Part shown: positions 1 to 10,208 of the stretch, one piece after another
How positions within the stretch are numbered: the first letter of the stretch is position 1
How the letters are laid out: each line of letters starts with the position of its first letter
Origin: Candidatus Poribacteria bacterium
GTDB taxonomy: Bacteria; Poribacteria; WGA-4E; PCPOR2b
DNA length: 64,000 nucleotides
Assembly: GCA_965208325.1 (NCBI GenBank)
Contig: OZ242326.1
Coordinates: forward strand, 2,496,001-2,560,000
Reading direction: 5' to 3'
The notes under the pieces: model-generated
Told to the model about the DNA's origin: nothing
The model's database searches: none
What the model saw: only the letters and a program-made list of their open reading frames with translations
Translations under genes and position numbers: made by a program

Positions 1-640
1 GGTTGGTCGAGATGACAATTTCTTTATCCTCCGGAACGACGCCAATGAAATTAATTGATAAAATATCAATTATGTCATCCGGATTCATCATATCACCCGA
101 TTCGACCATTTTAGGCGCAAGGCGGTTGATAATCAACCCCATGTCATCTATTTCCATGTTCATCAACAATCCGATGATTCGATCGGCATCTCTGACTGAC
201 GCAACTTCCGGTGTTGTTACGATAATTGCTACATCAGCACCTGCTGCCGCGTTGCGAAACCCCTGTTCAATCCCGGCAGGCGAATCAACAAGAACATAAT
301 CGTACTCTTCTTTCAACTCAAGACAAATCTTTTTCATCTGTTCGGGTTGAATGTCATTTTTATTATTCTTCTGAGAAGCAGCTAGGAGGTGTAAATCCTT
401 CGTGCGCCTATCCTTGACAAGCGCTTTGTCGAGATCGCAAGTACCCTCAATCACATCCATTGAGGTGTAAACCACACGGCTTTCCAATCCCATAATGACA
501 TCGAGGTTTCTTAACCCAATGTCCGCATCAACAACAACGACCCTTTGGTTCAGTAAGGCCAAAGCAGTTCCTAGATTTGCTGTGGAAGTACTTTTGCCAA
601 CCCCACCTTTGCCGGAGGTAACCACAATTACTTTCCCCAT
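1..640 (-). CDS. minD: Septum site-determining ATPase MinD (3' end beyond window edge)
   Basis: Not in ORF track (runs off edge). Manual translation from ATG at 640: MGKVIVVTSGKGGVGKSTSTANLG...DADIGLRNLDVIMGLE...DSPAGIEQGFRNA...TTPEVASVRDADRIIGLL. Deviant Walker A and MinD motifs; directly downstream of minC. Confidence 0.96.
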   Translation of the reverse strand, partial: MGKVIVVTSGKGGVGKSTSTANLGTALALLNQRVVVVDADIGLRNLDVIMGLESRVVYTSMDVIEGTCDLDKALVKDRRTKDLHLLAASQKNNKNDIQPEQMKKICLELKEEYDYVLVDSPAGIEQGFRNAAAGADVAIIVTTPEVASVRDADRIIGLLMNMEIDDMGLIINRLAPKMVESGDMMNPDDIIDILSINFIGVVPEDKEIVISTN

Positions 641-727
641 GGGTTTTACCATCCTTTCATTCAATTATTCTCATTAGTTGCTCGAGGAAATTAAATTCCA
701 CCTAAAAATTGGATGTATTCATGCAGA

Positions 728-1501
728 TTACAGTCCACTGTAATCCTCAACGATGATGGCCTTTTCGCGAATCCGGGCAATTTCCACTTTCTGACGCGAC
801 GCTTGCCGTCCACTCGGCGGGCGTGTAATGAATTGCCCAATTCTTAATTGGGTCGGTACCAGATTTAAAGCGATTATTACCGATGAGGTGTCACCGAGCG
901 CTCCCGCATGAGCAACACCGCGCAATACTCCAAGCACGATGATGTCGCCAGTCGCTATCACTTCCGCTCCGGGGTTTACATCGCCTAAAACAATCATGTT
1001 CCCCTCTAAGAAGCGTTCAACCTGCCCGGATCGCAAGGTGTGCCGGATATACCGAACTTCCTCTATTTTCGGCAAAAAGTTATTCTTGATGACATTTTCT
1101 TCGCGATGGAGCGCAGGGGCGCCCCTAATCTTTCGATTCGGCGTCGGTTCATTTGCCCAATCTGCGACTGTCTCATGTATCTCATTGTCCGCCGGTTCAT
1201 TTTCACGGCCCATTCCATCCAAAAGCCGTTCAACTTCTAAGCCGTAGGTCTCATGCAGCAGCATTTTGACGCGATTCATCTCTTCATCACTCAGGGTTTC
1301 GTTTCGAATATCAATGTTCATCGTTGTTCCAGCAAGGGAATACCCCAAGTTTGCCATCCGCTTCTTTATCGCGAGTTCTACCTGCTCTATAGATGCATCT
1401 GGTGCAATGATTAACCGTAAGCTGTCACGAAATCCTTTTAGTTCGACAATTGGGTGTGACACGTTCTTCACTGGTAGTCTCCCTGTGCAAAATATCGCCA
1501 A
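728..1501 (-). CDS. minC: Septum site-determining protein MinC
   Basis: C-terminal beta-helix motif TLRSGQ...VLGDVNPGAEVIATGDIIVLGVLRGVAHAG...PTQLRI; adjacent to minD. True start may be a few codons downstream. Confidence 0.93.
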   Translation of the reverse strand: MAIFCTGRLPVKNVSHPIVELKGFRDSLRLIIAPDASIEQVELAIKKRMANLGYSLAGTTMNIDIRNETLSDEEMNRVKMLLHETYGLEVERLLDGMGRENEPADNEIHETVADWANEPTPNRKIRGAPALHREENVIKNNFLPKIEEVRYIRHTLRSGQVERFLEGNMIVLGDVNPGAEVIATGDIIVLGVLRGVAHAGALGDTSSVIIALNLVPTQLRIGQFITRPPSGRQASRQKVEIARIREKAIIVEDYSGL

Positions 1502-1531
1502 TTAACGGGGTAAGGTATACTTACGCCCTAT

Positions 1532-2827
1532 TTAAGACATCTTTTCAACTGTTGCCAAAACGTAGGGACCGTCGGGTATCGCCGCAATTTTCGCGTCCGA
1601 CCCGTGTTTTGAAAGTACGAGTTCAATTCCTTCTTCAAGGGTTGCTACCGGACGCACAAAGAGGTTTTCCATTTGATTGTGTGGAATACCGCCGGCATAA
1701 CAATAAATTGCAGCTTTTCTTACGGCCTTTGCCAGTTCTTCAAGCTGCCACTGATCGATGATAAAGTTCGCCGAGTTGAAAATACCTTGAACAAACTGTT
1801 CAAGGTCCTGGGTTTTCAGGATGAGGTCCGTAAAGGATTCACTACCGATACCCTGACTGCATTCAGCCACAAGAATTATGCTTCCATCGGGCTTGACAAT
1901 CTCCGCGGCAGCCAACACGCCCTTAATCCCTTGATAAAATGTCGCGTCTAGTGGATAACCGGCACCCGACACGACTACCGCGTCTACTGGACGCGGCAGC
2001 GTAGCTTTCACATTTGTCTCAACGAATTTGGCACCGGCTAGGTGTGCTTCAACCAAATCGCCGGCAAATACGCCGGTTAACCTTCGCCGACTATCAATCG
2101 CTGCATTGACACTGAAATCGACACCCGCCATCAGGGCAATTTCTGTGGCTTCGATATGAAATGGATTGTCCTCCAACACGCCAACGGATGCTTTTGGATG
2201 CTCAAGGATTTTCGGACCGTGCATAGTTTTGATCGTTTCGACCGAAACTAAACCTGGACAGACCGCCTTGCGTCCACCAGAATATCCTGCCATCAAATGC
2301 GGTTCAATCAGAGAGGTTGTAATCTTGAGATCGGATTCCAAATAGGTTTTATCAATATGAACGGGTGTGCCATTCCGTGTTAAACCGAGGTATTTGTGTG
2401 TTTGGGGTTCTTGAGCAAGATGATTAACAATCCGGTAGGTATTTAAGATATCGCACCCAACCATCTCCTCCAGCTCTTTCCCTTCATTGGGGCGATGAAT
2501 TCCCGTAGCAATTAAAATTGTAATTTTTTCACGCGGGATGCGTTGTAGTTCCAAAGTTTGCAGGATAGGCGGAAGAATCAATTGATTGGGAACCGGGCGT
2601 GTCACATCCGAAATAACCACACAAGCGGAGGTGCGATTCGCCGCTAATTCGCTCAATGGCGCTGAATCAATCGGCGACTCAAGCGCTTCCCAAATTGATT
2701 GTTCTGCATCGGCAAGCGGTACGGACTGTTGGACAGTTAAAACCCCTGCCAAATTTTGGTCAGGAATTTCAACTTGCAAAGTTCCTCGACCATATCTCAT
2801 GCCGACTCGCACTGGTAAAATCCTCAA
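1532..2827 (-). CDS. larA: Nickel-pincer-dependent lactate racemase family protein (LarA/LarAH)
   Basis: Motifs SDVTRPVP, ATGIHRP, VNH, EPHLMAGYSGGRKAVCPG, GYPLDATFYQ, DQWQ. Substrate specificity cannot be assigned. Confidence 0.88.
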   Translation of the reverse strand: MRILPVRVGMRYGRGTLQVEIPDQNLAGVLTVQQSVPLADAEQSIWEALESPIDSAPLSELAANRTSACVVISDVTRPVPNQLILPPILQTLELQRIPREKITILIATGIHRPNEGKELEEMVGCDILNTYRIVNHLAQEPQTHKYLGLTRNGTPVHIDKTYLESDLKITTSLIEPHLMAGYSGGRKAVCPGLVSVETIKTMHGPKILEHPKASVGVLEDNPFHIEATEIALMAGVDFSVNAAIDSRRRLTGVFAGDLVEAHLAGAKFVETNVKATLPRPVDAVVVSGAGYPLDATFYQGIKGVLAAAEIVKPDGSIILVAECSQGIGSESFTDLILKTQDLEQFVQGIFNSANFIIDQWQLEELAKAVRKAAIYCYAGGIPHNQMENLFVRPVATLEEGIELVLSKHGSDAKIAAIPDGPYVLATVEKMS

Positions 2828-3068
2828 TTCTGCTTGAAAAACATAATGCCGTTACAAACCGGATTGGCGTATCGCGCTAGTCATTTTGAGAAATATATAT
2901 TTTCACTATAACGTAACATAACGCTTAGAGTTTTCAATTGGATTCAAAAAAAACTGGAATTTAATTAGAAAAACACAAATTAATTCCGAATTGAGCTATT
3001 GTTAGTAAGTCCTTTGGCATATTTTCGATTTTCGGTTGGGCACAATTCGATTTTTCAGCATCAACCGT

Positions 3069-3092
3069 CGTAGGCGGGGCATCTTGCACCGC
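3069..3092 (+). repeat. GTAG-type REP-like palindrome
   Basis: CGTAGGCGGGGCATCTTGCACCGC: GTAG head plus imperfect GCGG..GC/GC..CCGC stem. Confidence 0.5.
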
Positions 3093-3105
3093 ATCACTCT
3101 CATCG

Positions 3106-3123
3106 TACAACTGCGTTAGTCCT
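3106..3123. repeat. Short dispersed repeat TACAACTGCGTTAGT (second copy 17245-17259)
   Basis: Identical 15-mer at 3106-3120 and 17245-17259; its reverse complement (AGGACTAACGCAG) resembles AGGACTTACG at ~37374. Probably a MITE-end motif. Confidence 0.5.
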
Positions 3124-3515
3124 AACAATTTTTATTTTGGAACGTTCGCCGCAACAGTTGCATTTTCACATTTCAGAAAGATAGCTTAACACATCCTCAA
3201 TATATTTGCAAGTTACAGGCGTGAGTACCTAGATTGAACCCTGTTTAGAACCGTAATCGGCGGCTCTGCCAACCGCGTGTTCAAACTGTCCGCGCAATTT
3301 CGTTTATGGATGATGACCCAAATGACTCAACGCTTTTCAATTCCATCAATCCTCGACTTTCCAACGACGAAGCGTAATGATGAATTTAAAAATGCCTTGA
3401 CAAAACAAGGTAGAATCGGCAAAAATGCAGTATGATACAATTTCATCTGCGCCAATGTTGAAAACCGTTAACACGAATACCGGTTTAAGAATCGCTTGGA
3501 CGGAGTTGGCAAAAC

Positions 3516-4016
3516 ATGTTTCCCTTGGAAACCGCCAACTACTGGGTGCAAGAGTTTAAATTCAATCGCGGCGAAGGTAGTCGTTTAATACCAACCCCAA
3601 AGGGGAAGACAATCTTAGGGAGAAACGAAACCGTGCAACAGGTAGTTGTTACCACTAAACCGAACGGCGCTGGGCGCAGTTGGTTGGAGGTGGGTAATTT
3701 TGAGACTGATCAATTCAACCGTAAACAGTGGGTAAAACGAAACGTGCCGTATCAGGATCGGCGTTTGAAAACCGATCGTCGATACTCGGATCGGGGCGAA
3801 ACGGTTGATTGGATTATACTCATTCCCGACGATTATCCGATGTCGCTGGTTAAGGTGAATTATGATCGATTAAACCCTAGAAACGTAGAAGTTCTCTGGG
3901 AACCGGCCAGTACATCAGATGTAGACCGGGAAACAAAGGTAAAACGTGCTCTTGAGCTGGCGGCTGGGAATGAAGAGTTGGAAAACTTACTGAAGGAATT
4001 GCTTGCCGCGCAATGA
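3516..4016 (+). CDS. Hypothetical protein (166 aa)
   Basis: ATG with upstream GGAG RBS; protein-like composition; C-terminal amphipathic helix; no recognised family. Confidence 0.7.
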   Translation: MFPLETANYWVQEFKFNRGEGSRLIPTPKGKTILGRNETVQQVVVTTKPNGAGRSWLEVGNFETDQFNRKQWVKRNVPYQDRRLKTDRRYSDRGETVDWIILIPDDYPMSLVKVNYDRLNPRNVEVLWEPASTSDVDRETKVKRALELAAGNEELENLLKELLAAQ

Positions 4017-4227
4017 CAAGCCCGTAACCGGAGAGCGGATGCAATTCGACAACAGCGAGGTACACGTTCAACAACTCTTGTATTAACGGCTCGGGAAACA
4101 TCAGTAAATTTCTCCCGCACCCCCCTAGCGCGGCAGATGGCGGAAATTTCAATCTTCACGGAGTTCCCGATGTCCACGTTTCAATGCAACGGCATCAATC
4201 CATTTTACGATTTCGCAAGGAGTACAT

Positions 4228-5280
4228 ATGAATGACATTGTGACCCGGGAGGAACTTTGTCGAAGTATTGCGCTGGTTCCTCAAGTAGACATTGGTCACT
4301 TCCCAACACCCCTAGAAGAATGTCCCCGCTTATCCGAAGCATTGGGCGGGCCTCGCATTTTTATGAAAAGGGAAGATTGTTCAGGGCTGGCATTCGGTGG
4401 GAACAAGGTCCGACAGTTGACTTTCACAATTGGCGAAGCAGTCCATCGCGGTGCAGATACCATCGTTCACGGTGCAGCGTCACAATCGAACCACTGCCGC
4501 CAAACTGCCGCTGCCGCCGCTCGATTGGGATTGAAGTGTTACCTGCGGTTGTCACGAGGGCAGAAAAGCACTCTGCAAGGAAATCTACTCTTGGATTACC
4601 TCGCTGGCGCAGACGTTGAACTCGTCGATCCCCCTATTGGCCCTGAATTGGATGCGATCAAATACGCCACGGCGCAGCAACTGGAAGCAGCGGGTCTCAA
4701 GCCATACGTCATTGCACACCCCCGATCGACTGCCCTAGCGTCTGTGGCTTTTGCGTGGTGCGTCACTGAAATCCATGCGCAACAGCAGCAATTAGGAATT
4801 GAGGCAGACTGGATTTATGCAGGATCAACCGGCGGAACCCAAGCGGGGTTAATCCTCGGATCAAAAGCGTTAGGAATGAAATTGAAACCCGTGGGAATCA
4901 CTCCGATTCGTTGGGATGATCGGGTCGAGCGAATCCGAAATGCCGCAAATGACGCGGCGAAGATTCTAAATTTAAACCTTCAAATCGCTGATGATGAGGT
5001 AGAAAACTCAGGCGATTACGTCGGGGAGGCATACGGCGTAGTCTCCTCCGAATGCATTGACGCCTTGAAATTGGCCGCGCGGACCGAGGGCATCTTTCTG
5101 GATCCGGTGTACACCAGCAAAGCCCTGGCCGGCTTAATTGACCATGTTAGGAAAGGCAAGATTACTTCCGATGAAACGGTGATTTTCTTGCACACCGGGG
5201 GAACTCCGGCACTATTTGCGTATAATGAAGAGCTATTTGCTACAGATAAACGAGGCAGCCTAATCGAGCTATGGGATTGA
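4228..5280 (+). CDS. PLP-dependent D-cysteine desulfhydrase / cysteate sulfo-lyase family protein
   Basis: KREDCSGLAFGGNKVR (PLP lysine), QSNHCR, GSTGGTQAG, LDPVYTSKA, FLHTGG. Thr at both diagnostic positions rather than the Glu/Leu of ACC deaminase. Confidence 0.88.
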   Translation: MNDIVTREELCRSIALVPQVDIGHFPTPLEECPRLSEALGGPRIFMKREDCSGLAFGGNKVRQLTFTIGEAVHRGADTIVHGAASQSNHCRQTAAAAARLGLKCYLRLSRGQKSTLQGNLLLDYLAGADVELVDPPIGPELDAIKYATAQQLEAAGLKPYVIAHPRSTALASVAFAWCVTEIHAQQQQLGIEADWIYAGSTGGTQAGLILGSKALGMKLKPVGITPIRWDDRVERIRNAANDAAKILNLNLQIADDEVENSGDYVGEAYGVVSSECIDALKLAARTEGIFLDPVYTSKALAGLIDHVRKGKITSDETVIFLHTGGTPALFAYNEELFATDKRGSLIELWD

Positions 5281-5370
5281 AAATTGGGGAAACACATACT
5301 CGGAAAATCCAGTTAGAGGATGGCGCTATGCTGCGCACGGAGTTCTCGTTTGACACTGGAATAGGAAAAA

Positions 5371-6153
5371 ATGGATTTCACCGTACGTCCCATAACGCCA
5401 GATGAGATTGACCGTGTCCCACTGCGTTGTTGGCCGGATCGCGATGCGTTAGCAAAACTCTTCATATCGCAAGAAACTATCGGCATGGCTGCATGGGACG
5501 GGAATCGGTGTATCGCACAGCTTCACTGCTACCGGATTGATTGCCCCGACGATCTCGTCTCCAACTGGCCCAGATGGAATCGGCCGTGGTGGACGGAGAG
5601 TGTTCAGAAAAGTGAAGTCCATCTACAGCTCCCCGCTTGGTGCCATGCATGTTTCCATGTGGGACGAACACTGCAGACCGCCCAAGAAGAGGTTTTGGAA
5701 TTGGTCCATCGGTTTGCTCAACAGTCCGAATGGGATGTCGATCGGATCCATGAAAAACTCAACTTGTTCGACGCCGTCTATCTGAGCCGGAAGGAGGTGG
5801 AAAACGCGGTCCACGAATTGTTCATTTCAAAACGCGATGGTTTCGACACGGAAGCGCCAGAGTATCGCGGTCGTGGAATTGGCACGGCGATGTGCCAAGA
5901 ATCTATCAGATGGGCAACAAACCACGGCTGTGCGGTTGTTGTCGGCTCGGGAGTTCCCAGCGGTATCCCGGTAGCCGCTAATCATGAAGGGGCGCTGCCT
6001 TGGACTACCTATGCGCGACTCGGCTTCCGCAACAAACTCCTGCAACTTATAGTGGACGACCATGCCCCCATTCGCCAGGCTAAGGAAAGAGCTTTAAAGT
6101 CAGGCCGGTCGCAGGAGGATGTCTGCCACCGAATGATGGTATTTGATGTATAA
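5371..6153 (+). CDS. GNAT-fold acetyltransferase-like protein with internal insertion
   Basis: Acetyl-CoA motif A PEYRGRGIGTAM and late YARLGF motif; AGGA RBS. Confidence 0.65.
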   Translation: MDFTVRPITPDEIDRVPLRCWPDRDALAKLFISQETIGMAAWDGNRCIAQLHCYRIDCPDDLVSNWPRWNRPWWTESVQKSEVHLQLPAWCHACFHVGRTLQTAQEEVLELVHRFAQQSEWDVDRIHEKLNLFDAVYLSRKEVENAVHELFISKRDGFDTEAPEYRGRGIGTAMCQESIRWATNHGCAVVVGSGVPSGIPVAANHEGALPWTTYARLGFRNKLLQLIVDDHAPIRQAKERALKSGRSQEDVCHRMMVFDV

Positions 6154-6258
6154 GCATCGCGAAGCATGATTGTGAATACAAACAAATTCAAATCTCTTCA
6201 TTTTCGATTGTTTATGAATTGATCCATTCATCTTCCGATTCTCGCAAATAAACCGTTC

Positions 6259-7338
6259 TCATTGTTGAATCTGATACCGCCGGGCGTCTGCGGCTTCGAC
6301 TACATCGCCGCTTAGAGAGACATCCAACTTCTCTGCCCAGTCCTGTATCTGCCGATAGATGGTGTCCGGCACTTCAACTCCGTGAGCTAGACGCTCAACC
6401 CGCGAATTGTATTCAAAATCTCCAGGCACCAATACTTCATCAAAGCCGCGTGCCGGCGGCGTTTTCTTGATGTCGTCTAGAAACCCGCGAACACGCTGCT
6501 GGTAGGCCTCCAACGGAGCAAAAGCGCGGGGATCAAATACTTGCATAAACGTACCGCCCATTGCTCCCCGCTCAGCGTTGAAGCCTTCAGACAATCCTCC
6601 AAGCAGGCAAATTAGGAGCGAGAGCGCGTAGCCCTTATGTCCGCCGAACGGCAGTAGGAATCCGCCGTCGTAATAATCCTCCGTTTTGACGCTTGGGTTG
6701 CCATGTTTATCAATAATGCAACCCTCCGGAAGTTCGGAATTTTTGCTTTTGGCGACCATGATTTTGCCCCCGGCAATCTTCGCGGTGGCGAAATCAATGA
6801 CGAAGGGAACTTCATCACCCGTGGGAACCCCAACCGCAATCGGGTTGGTTCCCAACATGCCGCTTGCGCCGCCAAAAGGCACAATCTTTTTGCCTACCCG
6901 CTCGCCTCTGCCATAGGTAATGATACCGATGCATCCCGAATGTGCCGCAATTTCTACATATTCCCCCAACCGCCCGATATGTCCGGTACCTACGAAACTC
7001 ACACAACAGACACCGGTTTCTCTTGCTTTCTCAATTGCCAGCTTCGTTGCTTTTCTGGCAGTGTAGTGTCCAAAACCCCACTGCCCATCAATAAATAGGG
7101 TGTTGGCGGTCTCTTTGACTACTTTTGGTTCCGCACTGGGATGGATTATGCCTTTTGAAATATCGGACAAATAGTGGGGCACACGGAGCACACCGTGTGA
7201 GTCATGTCCTGAAAGGTTGGCGTTGACCAGAACCTCTGCCACGACCTCAGCAACGTGACGCAGCGTGCCTGCTGCCGTCAACAATCGCCGGGTAATCGCG
7301 TGAAGATAGCTGGCTTGAAAGCAATGATTTTTTTCCAC
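6259..7338 (-). CDS. Ldh_2 family (malate/L-lactate/sulfolactate/ureidoglycolate) dehydrogenase, paralog A
   Basis: GHDSHGV, GHIGRLGEY, GTNPIAVGVP, DFAT, LPFGGHKGYAL, EVLVPG. GTG start at 7338 chosen by alignment with paralog B and a GGAG RBS. Confidence 0.9.
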   Translation of the reverse strand: MEKNHCFQASYLHAITRRLLTAAGTLRHVAEVVAEVLVNANLSGHDSHGVLRVPHYLSDISKGIIHPSAEPKVVKETANTLFIDGQWGFGHYTARKATKLAIEKARETGVCCVSFVGTGHIGRLGEYVEIAAHSGCIGIITYGRGERVGKKIVPFGGASGMLGTNPIAVGVPTGDEVPFVIDFATAKIAGGKIMVAKSKNSELPEGCIIDKHGNPSVKTEDYYDGGFLLPFGGHKGYALSLLICLLGGLSEGFNAERGAMGGTFMQVFDPRAFAPLEAYQQRVRGFLDDIKKTPPARGFDEVLVPGDFEYNSRVERLAHGVEVPDTIYRQIQDWAEKLDVSLSGDVVEAADARRYQIQQ

Positions 7339-7615
7339 AGCTTCCGCTCCTACTCTGACCGAGCATTTCTGCCGCAAAACGGGTAGCTAACGCGCAATTA
7401 TAGAGGCATTAACAGTGGTAGGTAGTATGAAATCCGCTTGATAATTAAGTACCCATTAGCCTAGGATGATTTGAGTTTCGCGCAGCAAATCGACTCGCAC
7501 AGCGGAGTAGGAACGGACTTTACGAACATCATGCTGGATTTACACTAGAAACAAGGAATAATGCCCAATCTGTAGTGAAATTTACACTATGCGCGTTACA
7601 AGTTGCCTATCACGT

Positions 7616-8695
7616 TCACGATACAAGATATCGATCTACATCGGCGGCTTCGACCACTTCCTCACCCAGAGTAACACCCAACTTATCCGCCCATTCTCGA
7701 GTACGTTTGTAGTAGATGGCGTCCGGTACATCAATGCCGTTAGCCAAGCGGTGCTGACGCGAACGGCGCTCAAAATCACCGGGTACCAGGACCTCGTCAA
7801 AACCGGGTGCCGGCGGCGATGCCTTGATATTGTCCAGGAATTCACGAACATTCCGCTGGTACGCTTCCACAGGCGCAAAAGCATTTATGTTAATCACCTG
7901 CATGAATATACCGCCGACGTAGTCCTCCTCGGCATCGAAGTCTCCATGCTGGAAGCCGAGCAGACAAGTCAGCAGTGAAAGTGCATAACCCTTGTGCCCG
8001 CCAAACGGCAGCAGCGCTCCGCCATCCCAATAATCCGCCGATTTGACGGTTGGATTCCCGTGTTTATCAACAATGCACCCTTCGGGAAGATCTTCGCCTT
8101 TACTGTCCGCAAATTCAATTTTTGCGCCGGCAATCACGCTTGTAGCAAAATCGATGATGAACGGCGTATCATCACCGGTCGGAACACCTACGGCAATCGG
8201 GTTGGTCTCAAGCGCACCCCTTGCACCCCCGAAAGGCGCGACAAACCCCTTGTCTATCCCGCTGTAACCGACCGTGATGATGCCAATGCACCCCGCTCGC
8301 GCAGCAACCTCTGCATACTCTCCCAGCCGGCCGATATGCCCGGTACGCAGGAAACTCACACAGCAGACATCAGCTTGTTTGGCTTTCTCAATAGCCAAAT
8401 CCATCGCCTTCCGTGCAATGTAGTGCCCAAAAGCCTTGTTCCCGTCAATGTGAAGCGTGCTCGCTGTCTCTTTGACCACTTTCGGTTCGGCATCCGGGTC
8501 AAGTCGCCCTTCTGCGATGTCCAACAAATAGCGGGGGACGTGAAGCACGCCGTGTGAATCATGACCGACAAGGTTGGAATTAACCAAAATTTCGGCAACG
8601 GTATCGGCAATATGACGCGGCGTGCCTGCCGCCATGAATAGCTGCCGCGTGATTGCGTGAAGATGGCTGGCTTGAAAGTGATGAGTCGTTTCCAT
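7616..8695 (-). CDS. Ldh_2 family dehydrogenase, paralog B
   Basis: Same motifs as paralog A and colinear with it over the full length. Confidence 0.9.
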   Translation of the reverse strand: METTHHFQASHLHAITRQLFMAAGTPRHIADTVAEILVNSNLVGHDSHGVLHVPRYLLDIAEGRLDPDAEPKVVKETASTLHIDGNKAFGHYIARKAMDLAIEKAKQADVCCVSFLRTGHIGRLGEYAEVAARAGCIGIITVGYSGIDKGFVAPFGGARGALETNPIAVGVPTGDDTPFIIDFATSVIAGAKIEFADSKGEDLPEGCIVDKHGNPTVKSADYWDGGALLPFGGHKGYALSLLTCLLGFQHGDFDAEEDYVGGIFMQVININAFAPVEAYQRNVREFLDNIKASPPAPGFDEVLVPGDFERRSRQHRLANGIDVPDAIYYKRTREWADKLGVTLGEEVVEAADVDRYLVS

Positions 8696-8721
8696 ATCTT
8701 GCAGCGCCCCTTACAATGGTT

Positions 8722-9570
8722 TTAGCTTAACCTGTAAAACTGGATAGCGTTGTCGTGGAATAACTTATTGATTTCATCCTCAGAATAGTCTTGCACCGTC
8801 CACTTCAGGGTATCAACCCACCGCGGATACTCCGTTGCTGCCGTCGAAACAGGCCAATCACTTCCGTACATCACGCGCTCAAAACTGAAGCATTCTATCA
8901 CATGCTCAATGTACGGCTTCATATCGTCCCGAGTCCAATTCTCGTGATCGGCTTCCGTTGCGAGCCCAGAAATTTTGCAGACGATATTCGGAAATTCGGA
9001 CAGTTTTTTTAATTCGCGCCGCCACGGATCGAAGATTTGCCCTTTAATATCGGGTTTTGCAATGTGATCCAATATGAACTGGATGTTCGGACACTGCTTC
9101 ACCATTTGAATGGTATTTGCCAACTGCGGGTGACGGATACAGATGTCAAAGTTGAAACCAAATTCTTCGAGAATCTGCACCCCTTTTACGAAATTCGGCT
9201 GTACGCAAAATTCAATGCTTTCGCCTTCAATGACGTGTCGGACGCCTTTGACTAATTGAATATCAGCCAGTTTTTCGAGTACTGGTCTGACTTCCTCCCC
9301 GTTATAAACAGGTGCCTCCGCTACAATTCCTTTAAGCCTAGCATCGTCTCTTGCCAGAGAAGCCACCCATTCCGCTTCCACGACTCCATCATACCCGCCG
9401 CATTGCACAAAGACCAGCGCTTCAATATTAATTTCTCCATGAGCGGCTCGATATTCCGCTAACGCATGTGGACTAGCAAATGATGGCGGAGCATCTTCAA
9501 GCCACGGATATCTCAACGCACCTTGATCCCATAAGTGAACATGGGTATCAACAATTGGTATATTTTTCAA
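8722..9570 (-). CDS. Amidohydrolase_2 family protein (L-fucono/L-rhamnono-lactonase-like)
   Basis: IVDTHVHLW, KGVRH, ILDHIAKP, CKISGLATEA, MYGSDWPV. TTG start overlaps the mobA stop. Confidence 0.88.
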   Translation of the reverse strand: MKNIPIVDTHVHLWDQGALRYPWLEDAPPSFASPHALAEYRAAHGEINIEALVFVQCGGYDGVVEAEWVASLARDDARLKGIVAEAPVYNGEEVRPVLEKLADIQLVKGVRHVIEGESIEFCVQPNFVKGVQILEEFGFNFDICIRHPQLANTIQMVKQCPNIQFILDHIAKPDIKGQIFDPWRRELKKLSEFPNIVCKISGLATEADHENWTRDDMKPYIEHVIECFSFERVMYGSDWPVSTAATEYPRWVDTLKWTVQDYSEDEINKLFHDNAIQFYRLS

Positions 9571-10208
9571 ATTTCAACCCCTTCCTGAGTAGAATGATTT
9601 ATCCGTCTCACGATGTTAAAATCTTCGGGAGTATTGATGTTAAAAAACGAATGCCCGTGCGGATCAAATTGCCGCCATTCAGAGGGCGGGACAACACGAA
9701 CGGAGATACGATTGTATAATTCATGGACGCGCAGTTCACCCTCGGCGAACATCTGCTTGATGGCAGACAAGCACTTCTTGGAATATACGGCGGACAGTGT
9801 TTGAAATATGGGGTCAGAGGGATCCGAATCCTCGACATACGGAACAACGGCATCGTCTTCGCCCAAGATTGTGGTTAAATAACACAATAGTCTCGGCTGC
9901 AGCAGCGGCATATCACAAGCAACACAGATTACGGCAGGAGTGTCTGCACGGGTGAGACCGGTATATATGCCGCCCAATGCACCCATGTTTGGAACAACAT
10001 CTGTATACATCCGCACGCCTAGATGCCCAAACTGCGATGGGGTGTTCGTAATCAGTAGGACATTAGTCGTGACCAATCTCATTTGACAAAGCGTGTGTTC
10101 AATGAGAGTGGCACAGCCAAGCCGCATTAGCGCCTTGTTCTGCCCCATTCGACGGCTGCTTCCGCCAGCGAGGATGATTCCTGTTGTGGAGTCCTTGACG
10201 GTTTGCAT
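9567..10208 (-). CDS. mobA: Molybdenum cofactor guanylyltransferase
   Basis: ILAGGSSRRMGQNKA, GALGGIYTGL, VACDMPLL, FFNINTPED. Confidence 0.92.
   Translation of the reverse strand: MQTVKDSTTGIILAGGSSRRMGQNKALMRLGCATLIEHTLCQMRLVTTNVLLITNTPSQFGHLGVRMYTDVVPNMGALGGIYTGLTRADTPAVICVACDMPLLQPRLLCYLTTILGEDDAVVPYVEDSDPSDPIFQTLSAVYSKKCLSAIKQMFAEGELRVHELYNRISVRVVPPSEWRQFDPHGHSFFNINTPEDFNIVRRINHSTQEGVEI

Noticed and set aside
3..677. Plus-strand ORFs 3-299, 226-417 and 495-677
   Set aside because: Antisense shadows of minD. Most other short overlapping ORFs in the track are likewise shadows of longer genes.
4228..5280. ACC deaminase (acdS)
   Set aside because: Has DPVYT and HTGG rather than the DPVYE and HLGG residues diagnostic of true ACC deaminases.
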